DNA of 64,000 bases, from positions 1-64,000 of the forward strand of contig JBGQBE010000002.1 of the NCBI GenBank assembly GCA_041494685.1. The letters run 5' to 3'. Numbering within the stretch: the first letter of the stretch is position 1; each line of letters begins with the position of its first letter. This document shows positions 30,481-39,364 of the stretch, one piece after another. The position numbers and the translations under genes were made by a program. The notes beneath the pieces were generated by a model, which saw nothing but the letters and a program-made list of their open reading frames with translations, had not been told where the DNA came from and did not search any database. This DNA comes from Dehalococcoidia bacterium. GTDB lineage: Bacteria > Chloroflexota > Dehalococcoidia > DSTF01 > JACRBR01.

Positions 30481-31335
30481 GTGGCAACACTGAGCCAACC
30501 GTTACCGGTCGCGCCGCGCGCGTCGAACGCCACGCTGGCGTGGGCGTTCGTGGAACGGCAGACCAACCTGTGGAAGCGCTACTGGGCATGGGAGATCGTC
30601 TGGCTGGTCTACGGCGTGGTGAACACGCTGGCGATCACGTTCATCGCGAAGCAGGTGGGCAGAGACAGCGCCGCGGGCAGCGCGGACGTGTCACGGCTGA
30701 TCCTGTTCCTGCTCATCGGCACGCTGGTGTGGGCGTACCTGTCGGCCGTGCTCGACGACATCAGCCTCGTCGTCACGTGGGAGCGCTGGGAGGGGACGAT
30801 CGAGCACACGCTGATGGCGCCGGTGCCGCGCGTCGTGCACCTGCTGGGCATGTCGCTGTTCGGCGTGCTGCACGCCGTCGTGCGCACGCTGCTGATCTTC
30901 GCGATCGCCATCCCGTTCTTCGACGTGCAGCTCGCGCAGGCGGACTGGCTGACGGCGGCGGTAGTGCTGTTCACCGGCAGCTTCGCCATCGCCGGGCTGG
31001 CGATCCTGGCGGGCGTGCTGCCGCTGCTCTACCCGGAGCGCGGCACGCAGATGTCGTTCATGGTGCAGGCGCTGGTGCTGCTGGTCAGCGGCGTCTACTA
31101 CCAGGTGGGCGTGCTGCCGCCGTGGCTGCGCGTGTTCTCGCACGTCTCGCCCGCGACGTACGTGCTGGACGGCATCCGCGGCGGCATTATCGACGGCAAG
31201 AGCGTCGCCGACGTGTGGCGAGATCTGCTGGCGCTGGCCGTCTTCGGCGCGGTGCTGCTGCCCGGGAGCATGTCAGTGTTCGCGGTCGCGGAGCGCTGGG
31301 CGAAGAAGACGGGGCGGCTGAAGCGCCAGGGGTGA
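30481..31335 (+). CDS. ABC-2 type permease
   Basis: About 6 TM segments; ERWEGTIEH..MAP, SGVYY...LPPWL...SPATY; AAGGAG RBS with GTG start. Confidence 0.9.
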   Translation: MATLSQPLPVAPRASNATLAWAFVERQTNLWKRYWAWEIVWLVYGVVNTLAITFIAKQVGRDSAAGSADVSRLILFLLIGTLVWAYLSAVLDDISLVVTWERWEGTIEHTLMAPVPRVVHLLGMSLFGVLHAVVRTLLIFAIAIPFFDVQLAQADWLTAAVVLFTGSFAIAGLAILAGVLPLLYPERGTQMSFMVQALVLLVSGVYYQVGVLPPWLRVFSHVSPATYVLDGIRGGIIDGKSVADVWRDLLALAVFGAVLLPGSMSVFAVAERWAKKTGRLKRQG

Positions 31336-31438
31336 TCTGGTCGCTGTATGCGCTGCCGCGCCAGGCCTTTCGCGGGCACGGTGACGACGGTGAAGAGCGG
31401 CCGGCCGAAGCGGTCGTAGCGACGGGAGCACCCGGCCG

Positions 31439-33856
31439 CTACGCGGCGAGCTCTACGTCGTCGGTGTCGCCAACGTCCGCCGGCCCGAAACCACCGAGGC
31501 GGCGGGCGCGGTACAGGCGCAGCAGCGCGCCGACGACGCGCGGCGAGAACTGCCGGCCCGAGCAGGCGAAGATCTCGCCGACCGCCTCAGTGACCGTCCG
31601 GCCGGGCCGGTACGGCCGGTCGTTGGTCATGGCGTCGAACGCGTCAGCGACGGCGACGATCGTCGCCGCCTCGGGGATCGCGTCGCCGGCGAGGCCGGCC
31701 GGGTAGCCGCTGCCGTCCCAGCGTTCGTGGTGGGCGCGCGCGACGGACGCCGCGAGGTCGAATCCGGGACGGGCGGCGAGGAACTCCGCACCCCACACGG
31801 TGTGCTGCTTCATCACGATCCATTCCTCCTCGGTGAGCGCGCCGGAGCCGCGCAGGATCGTGTCGGGCACGCGCACCTTTCCGACGTCGTGCAGCACCGC
31901 CGCCATGCCGAGGCGCTGCGCGCTCTCCTCATCGTCACCAAGCTCCAACGCCAACGCCTCCGTCAGCCCTCGCACGCGGGCCAGGTGGCTGCCGGTAGCG
32001 GCGTCGTGGGCCTCGACCGAGGCGGCCAGCATGAGCACGGTCTCATCGCGCGCGCTCGCCAGCTGCTCCGTCGCGACCTGCAGGTGCGCGACGAGGCGCT
32101 CAGTCCAGATCACGGCCGCGACGTGCCTCGCAACCTCCACGAGGAACTCCGAGTCGGGCAGGTCGATCGACGCCGTCTCCTTCCTTGCGGCCGAGAGGCT
32201 GCCGATCACGCGACTCTGCCAGATCACGGGCACGGTGATGCCGCAGTGCAACCCGGCGGACAGCAGCACGCGCCGCTCTTCTTCGGTGATCCGCGGATCG
32301 GTGCTGAGATCCGTCAGGATCACGGGGCGCCGCGTCCGTTCGATGACGACACGCACCGGATGGTTGACGACGCCGCGATTTGCGGTGAACCACTCGGAGA
32401 CGGCATCTTCAGGCGCGTCGGTTACAAGGCCCACGGCAAGGGTCGTGTCTTGCTCCTGGAACCGGATGCCTTCGTCGAACACGTTGAAGTTAATGCCCGC
32501 GAACCCGGCCGCCCGGGCGACGTGGCTCGCCACGAGGTTGAGCTTGGCGTTGAGCGTTTCACCCTCGGCGAGGAGCGGGATCAGCTCGCCGACGACGCGC
32601 GCGGCACGGTCGCGGCCGGTGCGCGTGCCGCGCACGCCCTCCGATCCGATCCTCGTGTGCCGCCGTTTGTCGGCGTACATGGCGGCGTCCGCCAGCCCGG
32701 TCAGTTCCTCGATCCGGCCGGCGTCCTCCGGATAGACCGCGATGCCCACGCTCACACGGATCGGGACGGCGGCCCCGGTATCCGGGTCGCGGAGGTCGGC
32801 GCCGGCCAGTTCGTCCTTCAGGCGGCGGCCATACGCTTCGGCGCGCGCCCGATCGGCGCCATCCAGCACAGCGATGAACTCATCGCCGCCGGACCGGCCG
32901 ACCTCCGCGCCTTCGATCTGCATGGCCCGGGCCACGGTGTGGAGCACGGCATCGCCCATCAAGTGACCGAACGTATCGTTCAGCGCCTTCATCTCGTTGA
33001 CGTCGACGATCACCATCGACACACACCGCTGATCTCGCGCCTTCCGCTCTACGAGACGCACGAAGGTCTGGCCGATCGCGCCCTGATTCAGCACGCCGGT
33101 GAGCGGATCGTGGCGCGACTGTTCCGTGACGATGGCCAGCGTGTCGTGCAGGCGGCGGTGGTAGCCGGTCAGGACGTGCCAGAACACGCCGACCAGCAAG
33201 AGGCCAACGACGCTGATCACCAGCGTCCCGGCCAGGACGAGGTCTGTGCTGCTCCCCAGCCCGTCGAGCTGCCCTTGCACGGCATCCTTGTGATCGGTTG
33301 CCTGGGCATCGATGCTCTGCTGGACCTGCTTGAGGATCGGCTGGACATCTGTGGCGTCGATGGCGTTCGCAGCACCCAGGTCGCCCGCGGCGGACGTCGC
33401 GCGTGCTCGCGCGGCAGCCTCCCGGTACCGGGCGAGCTGCGGCCCGAGCGCAGCGATGAACGCCTGATCCTCCGGCACGCCCAGCGCATTCACCTGCGCC
33501 AGCGCCTGATCCAGCGCCTCGGCCGCGGCCTCATGCCGCGCCAGGACATCGGTCGATGGTTCGAGCCGGTAGCGGCGGCTGACCGCCTCTTCGCGGATGA
33601 TCAGGTAGTGTGCGTCCTGGTAGGCGTTGTTGAGCCTGCTCGCCTGGTCGACGCTGGCGGCCGAGGAACGCGTCGTCGTCGCCACCGCGACCGCCAGGGC
33701 GATCAGCGCCGCGAGTACGACGAGCAAGCCGACGGTCGCGCCGCGACCGATGACGCGCGCCTTCTCCACCGCGCCGGGCGCCACCCACACCGGCCCCCGC
33801 GGAGAAGCGATCGCGCGCTCCGGCGTCCCCCGGGCCGGTCCCTGACCAGGCTCCAT
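31439..33856 (-). CDS. Membrane-anchored GGDEF-GAF-HD-GYP c-di-GMP signalling protein
   Basis: Two TM segments flanking a helical sensor; HDPLTG, NDTFGH..GD, GGDEF; GAF-like segment; LHDVGK, HHERWDGSGYP. Start uncertain. Confidence 0.88.
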   Translation of the reverse strand: MEPGQGPARGTPERAIASPRGPVWVAPGAVEKARVIGRGATVGLLVVLAALIALAVAVATTTRSSAASVDQASRLNNAYQDAHYLIIREEAVSRRYRLEPSTDVLARHEAAAEALDQALAQVNALGVPEDQAFIAALGPQLARYREAAARARATSAAGDLGAANAIDATDVQPILKQVQQSIDAQATDHKDAVQGQLDGLGSSTDLVLAGTLVISVVGLLLVGVFWHVLTGYHRRLHDTLAIVTEQSRHDPLTGVLNQGAIGQTFVRLVERKARDQRCVSMVIVDVNEMKALNDTFGHLMGDAVLHTVARAMQIEGAEVGRSGGDEFIAVLDGADRARAEAYGRRLKDELAGADLRDPDTGAAVPIRVSVGIAVYPEDAGRIEELTGLADAAMYADKRRHTRIGSEGVRGTRTGRDRAARVVGELIPLLAEGETLNAKLNLVASHVARAAGFAGINFNVFDEGIRFQEQDTTLAVGLVTDAPEDAVSEWFTANRGVVNHPVRVVIERTRRPVILTDLSTDPRITEEERRVLLSAGLHCGITVPVIWQSRVIGSLSAARKETASIDLPDSEFLVEVARHVAAVIWTERLVAHLQVATEQLASARDETVLMLAASVEAHDAATGSHLARVRGLTEALALELGDDEESAQRLGMAAVLHDVGKVRVPDTILRGSGALTEEEWIVMKQHTVWGAEFLAARPGFDLAASVARAHHERWDGSGYPAGLAGDAIPEAATIVAVADAFDAMTNDRPYRPGRTVTEAVGEIFACSGRQFSPRVVGALLRLYRARRLGGFGPADVGDTDDVELAA

Positions 33857-34006
33857 GCCACGTACTCCATCCGATGAACAGGAACCTGCAAGACGCCATA
33901 CCCGAAGCAGGTCTAGAGCATGTGTCGGCGGCCCTGTTACGGAGTTAAGGGGGTGCGCACGCAAGTAGGGGGTATCACCTCGCACGGCCCCAACCGATGC
34001 GCCGGG

Positions 34007-34039
34007 AAAAAGCCTCGCACCAACGCGATTCAGTGCGAG
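34007..34039 (-). terminator. Intrinsic terminator closing the cysteine operon
   Basis: Minus strand CTCGCACTGA-loop-TTGGTGCGAG then GCTTTTT, downstream of cysM. Confidence 0.7.
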
Positions 34040-34092
34040 CGATCCGGGCGTCGCGTCCGTCACCAGCGATTAGTCACGCCGCGACACGGCGC

Positions 34093-35028
34093 CTACCACC
34101 AGATCTTGTCTTCGATGTCCTGGGGCAGGTCGGCGTAGTCGGTGGTCCAGAGTTGGGTGCTCAGGTACTTCCAGCCGCCGTCCGCGAAGAGGCAGACGAT
34201 GTTGCCGGCGTCCAGCCGCTCGGCGACGCGCTGCGCCGTCTTCACCACCGCGCCGGCGGAGATGCCGGCGAAGATGCCCTCTTTCTGCGTCAGCTCCTTC
34301 GCCGACGCGAACGACGTGTGCGAGTCGACGACGATCTTGCCGTCGAGGATGCTCTCGTCGAGCACGGGCGGGATGAAGCCTTCTTCGAGGCTGCGCAGCC
34401 CCTGCACGAGGTCGCCCGGGTGCGGCACCGCCGCGACGACCTTCACGCCGGGCTTCTTCTCTTTCAGGTAGCGGCCGGTGCCGGTCAGCGTGCCGCCGGT
34501 GCCCATGCCGGCGACGAAGACGTCGATCTCCGGCATGTCGCGCAGGATCTCCGGGCCGGTCGTCTCGTAGTGGGCCAGCGGGTTCATCGCGTTGCCGTAC
34601 TGGTACGGCATGAAGTAGGCGGGGTCCTCCGCCGCGATCTTGTTCGCCACCTCGATCGAGCCGTTGGTGCCGCGCGCGCCGTCGGAGTAGACGATCTCGG
34701 CGCCGAACGCGGTGAGCAGCTCGGTGCGCTCGGCGCTGACGCTCTCCGGGATCACCACCTTGAGGCGGTAGCCCTTGATGCGGCAGATCATCGCCAGCGA
34801 GATGCCGGTGTTGCCCGACGTCGGCTCCAGCACGATGCGCTCCTTCGTCAGGACGCCGCGCCGCTCCGCGTCCTCGATCATGTACTTCGCGATGCGGTCC
34901 TTCACGCTGCCGCTGGGGTTCTGCCCCTCCAGCTTGGCGAAGAGGCGCACGGACGGCTTCGGGCTCATTCGCGGCATCTCGACGAGCGGCGTGTTACCGA
35001 TGGCATCGATCAGGTTGCTGTACAGCAC
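34093..35028 (-). CDS. cysM: Sulfur-carrier-dependent cysteine synthase (mycobacterial CysM type)
   Basis: IGNTPLV, NPSGSVKDR PLP lysine, PTSGNTG, DGGWKYLS, Trp-containing C-terminal tail; adjacent to a GG-ending carrier. Confidence 0.85.
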   Translation of the reverse strand: MLYSNLIDAIGNTPLVEMPRMSPKPSVRLFAKLEGQNPSGSVKDRIAKYMIEDAERRGVLTKERIVLEPTSGNTGISLAMICRIKGYRLKVVIPESVSAERTELLTAFGAEIVYSDGARGTNGSIEVANKIAAEDPAYFMPYQYGNAMNPLAHYETTGPEILRDMPEIDVFVAGMGTGGTLTGTGRYLKEKKPGVKVVAAVPHPGDLVQGLRSLEEGFIPPVLDESILDGKIVVDSHTSFASAKELTQKEGIFAGISAGAVVKTAQRVAERLDAGNIVCLFADGGWKYLSTQLWTTDYADLPQDIEDKIWW

Positions 35029-35037
35029 GTGCGCCCC

Positions 35038-35307
35038 TTATCCGCCGGCCAGCGCGGGCAGGATGGAGATGCTATCGCCGTCCTTGAGCCGCGTGCCGAG
35101 CTGGTCCAGGTACCGGATGTCCTCGTCGTTCAGGTAGATGTTCACGAAGCGATGCAGGCTGCCCTCCTGCATGATCTGCTGCTTGAACCCGGGATACTTC
35201 CCGTCCAGGTCCGACAGCAGCTCCGCGACCGTGCCGCCCTCGCCATGCACGACCTTCGCGCCGGTCACTTTCTGCAGGACCGATGTCACTTTCACTTCTA
35301 TCGCCAT
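35038..35307 (-). CDS. cysO: Ubiquitin-like sulfur carrier (CysO/MoaD/ThiS family)
   Basis: RFVNIYLNDEDIRYL...ILPALAGG with free C-terminal GG. Confidence 0.88.
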   Translation of the reverse strand: MAIEVKVTSVLQKVTGAKVVHGEGGTVAELLSDLDGKYPGFKQQIMQEGSLHRFVNIYLNDEDIRYLDQLGTRLKDGDSISILPALAGG

Positions 35308-35376
35308 GTCGCCGTTCCTCTGCTCCACGGACGCGACGCCAACACGCCGCCAGCGCCCACCACCAGCCTCTACGAT

Positions 35377-36567
35377 TCAGTTCCCCGCGGCGCGCTCACG
35401 CGCGGCCTTCGCCGCGTCCGCCGCCTTCTGCTCCTCTTCGTTGGTGTGGCCGAACGCGCCGCCGCAGAACGCGTCGTAGTCGATCAGCTCGGTCACGGTC
35501 GGGTGCTCGCCGCAGAGCACGCAGTGCGGGTCGCGGCGGATCTTCACCTGGCGCACCTCCATCGCGAGCGCGTCGTAGAGCAGCAGGCGGCCGTGCAGCG
35601 ACTCGCCTACGCCCAGGATCAGCTTCAGCACTTCCGTCGCCTGGATCGTGCCGACGGTGCCGCAGAGCGCGCCCAGCACGCCCGCCTCGGCGCAGCTGGG
35701 CACCATGCCGGGCGGCGGCGGCGCCGGGTAGAGGCAGCGGTAGCAGCCTTTGCCCGGCAGATAGACGGTCACCTGGCCGTCGAAGAGCAGGATCGAGCCG
35801 TCGATCAGCGGCTTCTTCAGGAAGTGGCAGGTGTCGTTCACCAGGTAGCGCGCCGCGAAGTTGTCCGCGCCGTTGATGATGTAGTCGTACTGGGCGATGA
35901 TCTCCATCGAGTTGTCGGACGTGATCGGCACTTCGTGCGTCACGACCTCGACGTCGGGGTTGTAGGCGTTGATCGTCTCCTTTGCGGAGACCGCCTTCAG
36001 CTTGCCGATGTCGGCGTTCTGGTGGAGGATCTGCCGCTGCAGGTTGCTGATGTCCACCGTGTCGAAATCGACGATGCCGATCTTGCCGATGCCCGCCAGC
36101 GCCAGGTAGACGGCGATCGGCGAGCCCAGCCCGCCGGCGCCGATGATCAGCACGCTGGACTCCATGATCTTGCGCTGACCGGACGGGCCGACCTGCGGCA
36201 TGATGATGTGGCGCGAGTAGCGGTTCACCTGCTCCGACGTGAGCGCGCCGATGCGCTTGCGCTCGGGCGCGGACGCCGGCGCGTCGGCGGAGCCGCCGGC
36301 CATCGCCGGGATCACGGCGACTTCATCGCCGTCGCGCAGCGGCGTCGCTATGCCCTGCAGCGAACCGATCTCCTGCTTGTTCACGTAGATGTTGATGTGC
36401 GCCGGCACCTCGGTGCCGCTGCCGAAGACCAGCTTCGCGAAGCCGGGAAACTGCTTGTCGACGTTCGCCAGTACCTCCGCCACGTCCTTGCCCTCGGCCT
36501 CGACGTGCTGACGGTTGCCGGTGAGCTTGCGGAACGGCGTGGGGATGTAGACGGAGACGGCTGGCAT
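35377..36567 (-). CDS. Fusion of a ubiquitin-like domain to a MoeB/ThiF adenylyltransferase
   Basis: N-terminal IPTPFRKL...INIYVN...IPAMAGG, linker, then RYSRH, GAGGLG, SNLQRQ, CYRC, CAEAGVLG, CVLC. No rhodanese domain. An alternative in-frame ATG exists at 36693. Confidence 0.88.
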   Translation of the reverse strand: MPAVSVYIPTPFRKLTGNRQHVEAEGKDVAEVLANVDKQFPGFAKLVFGSGTEVPAHINIYVNKQEIGSLQGIATPLRDGDEVAVIPAMAGGSADAPASAPERKRIGALTSEQVNRYSRHIIMPQVGPSGQRKIMESSVLIIGAGGLGSPIAVYLALAGIGKIGIVDFDTVDISNLQRQILHQNADIGKLKAVSAKETINAYNPDVEVVTHEVPITSDNSMEIIAQYDYIINGADNFAARYLVNDTCHFLKKPLIDGSILLFDGQVTVYLPGKGCYRCLYPAPPPPGMVPSCAEAGVLGALCGTVGTIQATEVLKLILGVGESLHGRLLLYDALAMEVRQVKIRRDPHCVLCGEHPTVTELIDYDAFCGGAFGHTNEEEQKAADAAKAARERAAGN

Positions 36568-36758
36568 GGTGCGACCCCCCGTGGTGGAAGCGGGATGCGA
36601 GATGGCTGTTGCGGGCTTCGCCGCGAGGGCGACGCGCGACGCCGGCGCGATCGCGCGGTCAGTTCGGTCGATGTGCAGATGTCCGTGATCCATGTTCCTG
36701 GCCTTCTGGATGTAACGATTACTACTACTGACTACCGACTACTAACTTCGTCTCTCAA

Positions 36759-37700
36759 CTACAAGTTCACGCTCAGGTACCGCTCGCCGGTGTCACACAG
36801 CATCGTGACGACGCGCTTGCCCGCGCCAAGCCGCTTCGCCACCTGGATGGCGGCCCAGACGTTGGCGCCGGCGCTGATGCCGACCAGCAAACCCTCTTCG
36901 CGGGTCAGGCGGCTGGTCATCGCGAACGCATCTTCGTCCTTCACGGCGATCAGCTCGCCGTAGATCTCGCGATTCAGCACGCCCGGCACGAAGCTCGCGC
37001 CAATGCCCTGGATGCCGTGGATGCCGGCCTTGCCGCCCGCCAGCACCTGCGACCGCGCAGGCTCGACCGCCACGATCAGCGCGCCCGGAACTTCCGCCTT
37101 CAGCACCTCGCCGACGCCCGTGATGGTGCCACCGGTGCCGACGCCCGCGACGAACGCGTCGAGCGCGCCGCCAGTATCGCGCAGGATCTCGCGCGCCGTG
37201 GTGCGGCGGTGCGTCTCGGGGTTCGCCTCGTTCAGGAACTGCTGCGGCATGAAGTAGGTCTTGTTCTTCTCGCGCAACTCCTGCGCCGCGTACACCGCGC
37301 CGCTCATGCCCTCGATGGCCGGCGTCAGCACGAGCTGCGCGCCGAAGCGCGTGAGCAGCCGGCGGCGCTCGATGCTCATGTCCTCGGGCATCGTCAGCAC
37401 CAGCTTGTAGCCCTTCACGGCGCACACCATCGCCAGCCCGATGCCGGTGTTGCCGGACGTTGGCTCGACGATCGTGTCGCCGGGCTTGATCAGCCCTTGC
37501 TCCTCCGCGGCTTCGATCATGGAGAGCGCGATGCGGTCCTTCACGCTGCCGCCGGGGTTGAGCGACTCCATCTTGCCCAGCACTTCCGCGCCGCCGTCGG
37601 GTACGACGCGCTTCAGCCGCACCATCGGCGTGTTGCCGATGAGTTCGAGCACGCTGTCTACGACGCGGCCGCCCGGCGCCGGCCCGGTGCTAGATGACAT
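36759..37700 (-). CDS. cysK: Cysteine synthase A
   Basis: [39 protein letters not shown]. Confidence 0.93.
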   Translation of the reverse strand: MSSSTGPAPGGRVVDSVLELIGNTPMVRLKRVVPDGGAEVLGKMESLNPGGSVKDRIALSMIEAAEEQGLIKPGDTIVEPTSGNTGIGLAMVCAVKGYKLVLTMPEDMSIERRRLLTRFGAQLVLTPAIEGMSGAVYAAQELREKNKTYFMPQQFLNEANPETHRRTTAREILRDTGGALDAFVAGVGTGGTITGVGEVLKAEVPGALIVAVEPARSQVLAGGKAGIHGIQGIGASFVPGVLNREIYGELIAVKDEDAFAMTSRLTREEGLLVGISAGANVWAAIQVAKRLGAGKRVVTMLCDTGERYLSVNL

Positions 37701-38118
37701 AGCTGCCTCCCGCACGGTCGTATTCCTGCTCGCGCGCCGCGAGATCGCCGATGGTGACGCCGTCGAGGATGTGCTGCGTCGCCTCCTCCACCGCGTGCCA
37801 CACTTCGTGCGCGGCGCGGCACTGGTGGCCCTCGTCGTGGAGGTGGGAGACGGGCGAGAGCGAGCCCTCGAGCGTGCGGATCACGTCGCTGAGGCGGATC
37901 TCCTCCGGGCGGCGGAGCAGCGCGTGCCCGCCCTGGGGGCCGCGGACGCTGCGAATGAAGCCGGCCTTGCGGAGGGTGGTGAGGAGCTGGTCCAGGTAGG
38001 GCTCCGGGATGCGTTGGCGCGCGGCGATCTCGGCGCTCTGGAGGGGGCCTTCGCCGTAGTGGTGCGAAAGCTCGATGAGGGCGCGGACGCCGTAATCACC
38101 CTTGGTGGAGATGCGCAT
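37690..38118 (-). CDS. Rrf2 family regulator (CymR-like)
   Basis: [10 protein letters not shown]...YLDQL...[10 protein letters not shown]; lacks the IscR three-Cys motif; sits inside a cys cluster. Confidence 0.9.
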   Translation of the reverse strand: MRISTKGDYGVRALIELSHHYGEGPLQSAEIAARQRIPEPYLDQLLTTLRKAGFIRSVRGPQGGHALLRRPEEIRLSDVIRTLEGSLSPVSHLHDEGHQCRAAHEVWHAVEEATQHILDGVTIGDLAAREQEYDRAGGSYVI

Positions 38119-38145
38119 TTGAATCTATCCGGCGGGAAGTCTGCA

Positions 38146-38197
38146 AAGTTAAGCGATTACCTCAACAATTCTAGCGAGGCCCCCGCGCGCTGCGCAA
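38146..38197 (-). promoter_or_regulatory. Promoter and candidate Rrf2 operator of the rrf2-cysK-moeB-cysO-cysM unit
   Basis: TTGCGC-18-TAGAAT followed by TGTTGAGGTAATCGCTTAACTT, which is also found upstream of sir. Confidence 0.6.
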
Positions 38198-38239
38198 GGC
38201 GCCGGTCAAGGGCGGGGCGTGTGCGGCCTGAAGGGGCGG

Positions 38240-39364
38240 CTACAGGAACAACAGGATGATCGGGATGACGAAGATCGCGCCGAGGAAGACGGCGAAGCCG
38301 CGGCGGGTGCCCGTGGCTTTGCCGGCCGCGGCGAGGATGGCGTCGCGGAAGGGGTCGAACAGGAAAAGCAGAATCACCAGCGACACGAGCAGCACGGCGA
38401 TCATCTCGCTGAAGATGATCGTGAAGGCGCGCGGCGCGTCCAGCAGCAGCGACACAAAGAGCTTGTCCACGAACGTGCCGATCTGCGCACCCATCACGTA
38501 CGGGATGATGTTGCGCCGTCGCACGATGCCCTTCATCGAGAGCGGCACCAGGATCGTCAGCGACACCGCAACGGAGACCGTAAGCACCGTCATGGCGATG
38601 CCCAGCACAAACATCGTCATCTTCTGGTGGAAGAACTCGACCGCGCGCAGCACGCGCTCGTCGGTCGATTCGAGCGACGGCAGCGCTGCGTCGAACAGCT
38701 TGAGCGAGGCCACGACCGCAACAACGCCGGCGACGAAGAGACCGAGCAGCGGCAGGAAGCTGTCGAAGAAGTCGACGGCCGGCTTGTAGGCGTCGTTGAC
38801 GCCCCTGATCAGTCCGGGCGAGCCGAAGCGCACGCCGTCGAAGGCGCCGCTGCGGAGCATCACATAGCCGAGCGGGATGGCGATGCTGTAGACGACGGCG
38901 GTCGTCATCAGCGCCACGGCGCCGATATACAGGCCGTCCGGCTCGCGGCGGCCACGCACGTAGTACAGGAAGCCGACGAAGAGCACGATGAACGACGCGC
39001 CCAGGCGGCCGCCGCTGATCATAAAGTAGGTCTGCGTGTCGCTGAGCACGCCGCGGCTGAAGAGCGTCAGCGCGACGGAGGCGACCGGCGAGCCGCTGCC
39101 CAGCAGGTAGGCGCTGAGCCAGCCGAACCCCAGGTAGTTGACGGACGAGTGGACGGTAAGCGCGTCGAGGATCGGCTGGAGGCCGGTCGCGCCGCGCTTC
39201 ATCAGCTGCAGCGAGAGGACGAACAGCGCCAGCGCGAAGACGATCGACGCGACGCGGCGCGACGCGTGCAGTCCGTGGCGCAGCGCCGCCGGGAGCGTGC
39301 TCGCCAGCGGCCCGGCGTCGGCCGGTTGCGCCGCCAGCGGCCTCTGCCGCACGTGCCCCGTCAC
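38240..39364 (-). CDS. Na/Pi-cotransporter-like membrane protein
   Basis: Multi-TM; repeats GGRLGASF and VMGAQIGT resemble GANIGT; GTG start overlaps the sat stop. Confidence 0.7.
   Translation of the reverse strand: MTGHVRQRPLAAQPADAGPLASTLPAALRHGLHASRRVASIVFALALFVLSLQLMKRGATGLQPILDALTVHSSVNYLGFGWLSAYLLGSGSPVASVALTLFSRGVLSDTQTYFMISGGRLGASFIVLFVGFLYYVRGRREPDGLYIGAVALMTTAVVYSIAIPLGYVMLRSGAFDGVRFGSPGLIRGVNDAYKPAVDFFDSFLPLLGLFVAGVVAVVASLKLFDAALPSLESTDERVLRAVEFFHQKMTMFVLGIAMTVLTVSVAVSLTILVPLSMKGIVRRRNIIPYVMGAQIGTFVDKLFVSLLLDAPRAFTIIFSEMIAVLLVSLVILLFLFDPFRDAILAAAGKATGTRRGFAVFLGAIFVIPIILLFL

Noticed and set aside
30431..30493. 20-codon ORF bridging the ABC ATPase stop (ATGA) and the permease start
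   Set aside because: The permease has its own AAGGAG RBS, and there is no independent support for translation of the bridge.
36568..36693. 42-codon in-frame N-terminal extension of the Ubl-MoeB fusion
   Set aside because: It is low-complexity and precedes the beta-grasp start. It was left out of the call, although AGGA before ATG 36693 means it cannot be excluded.
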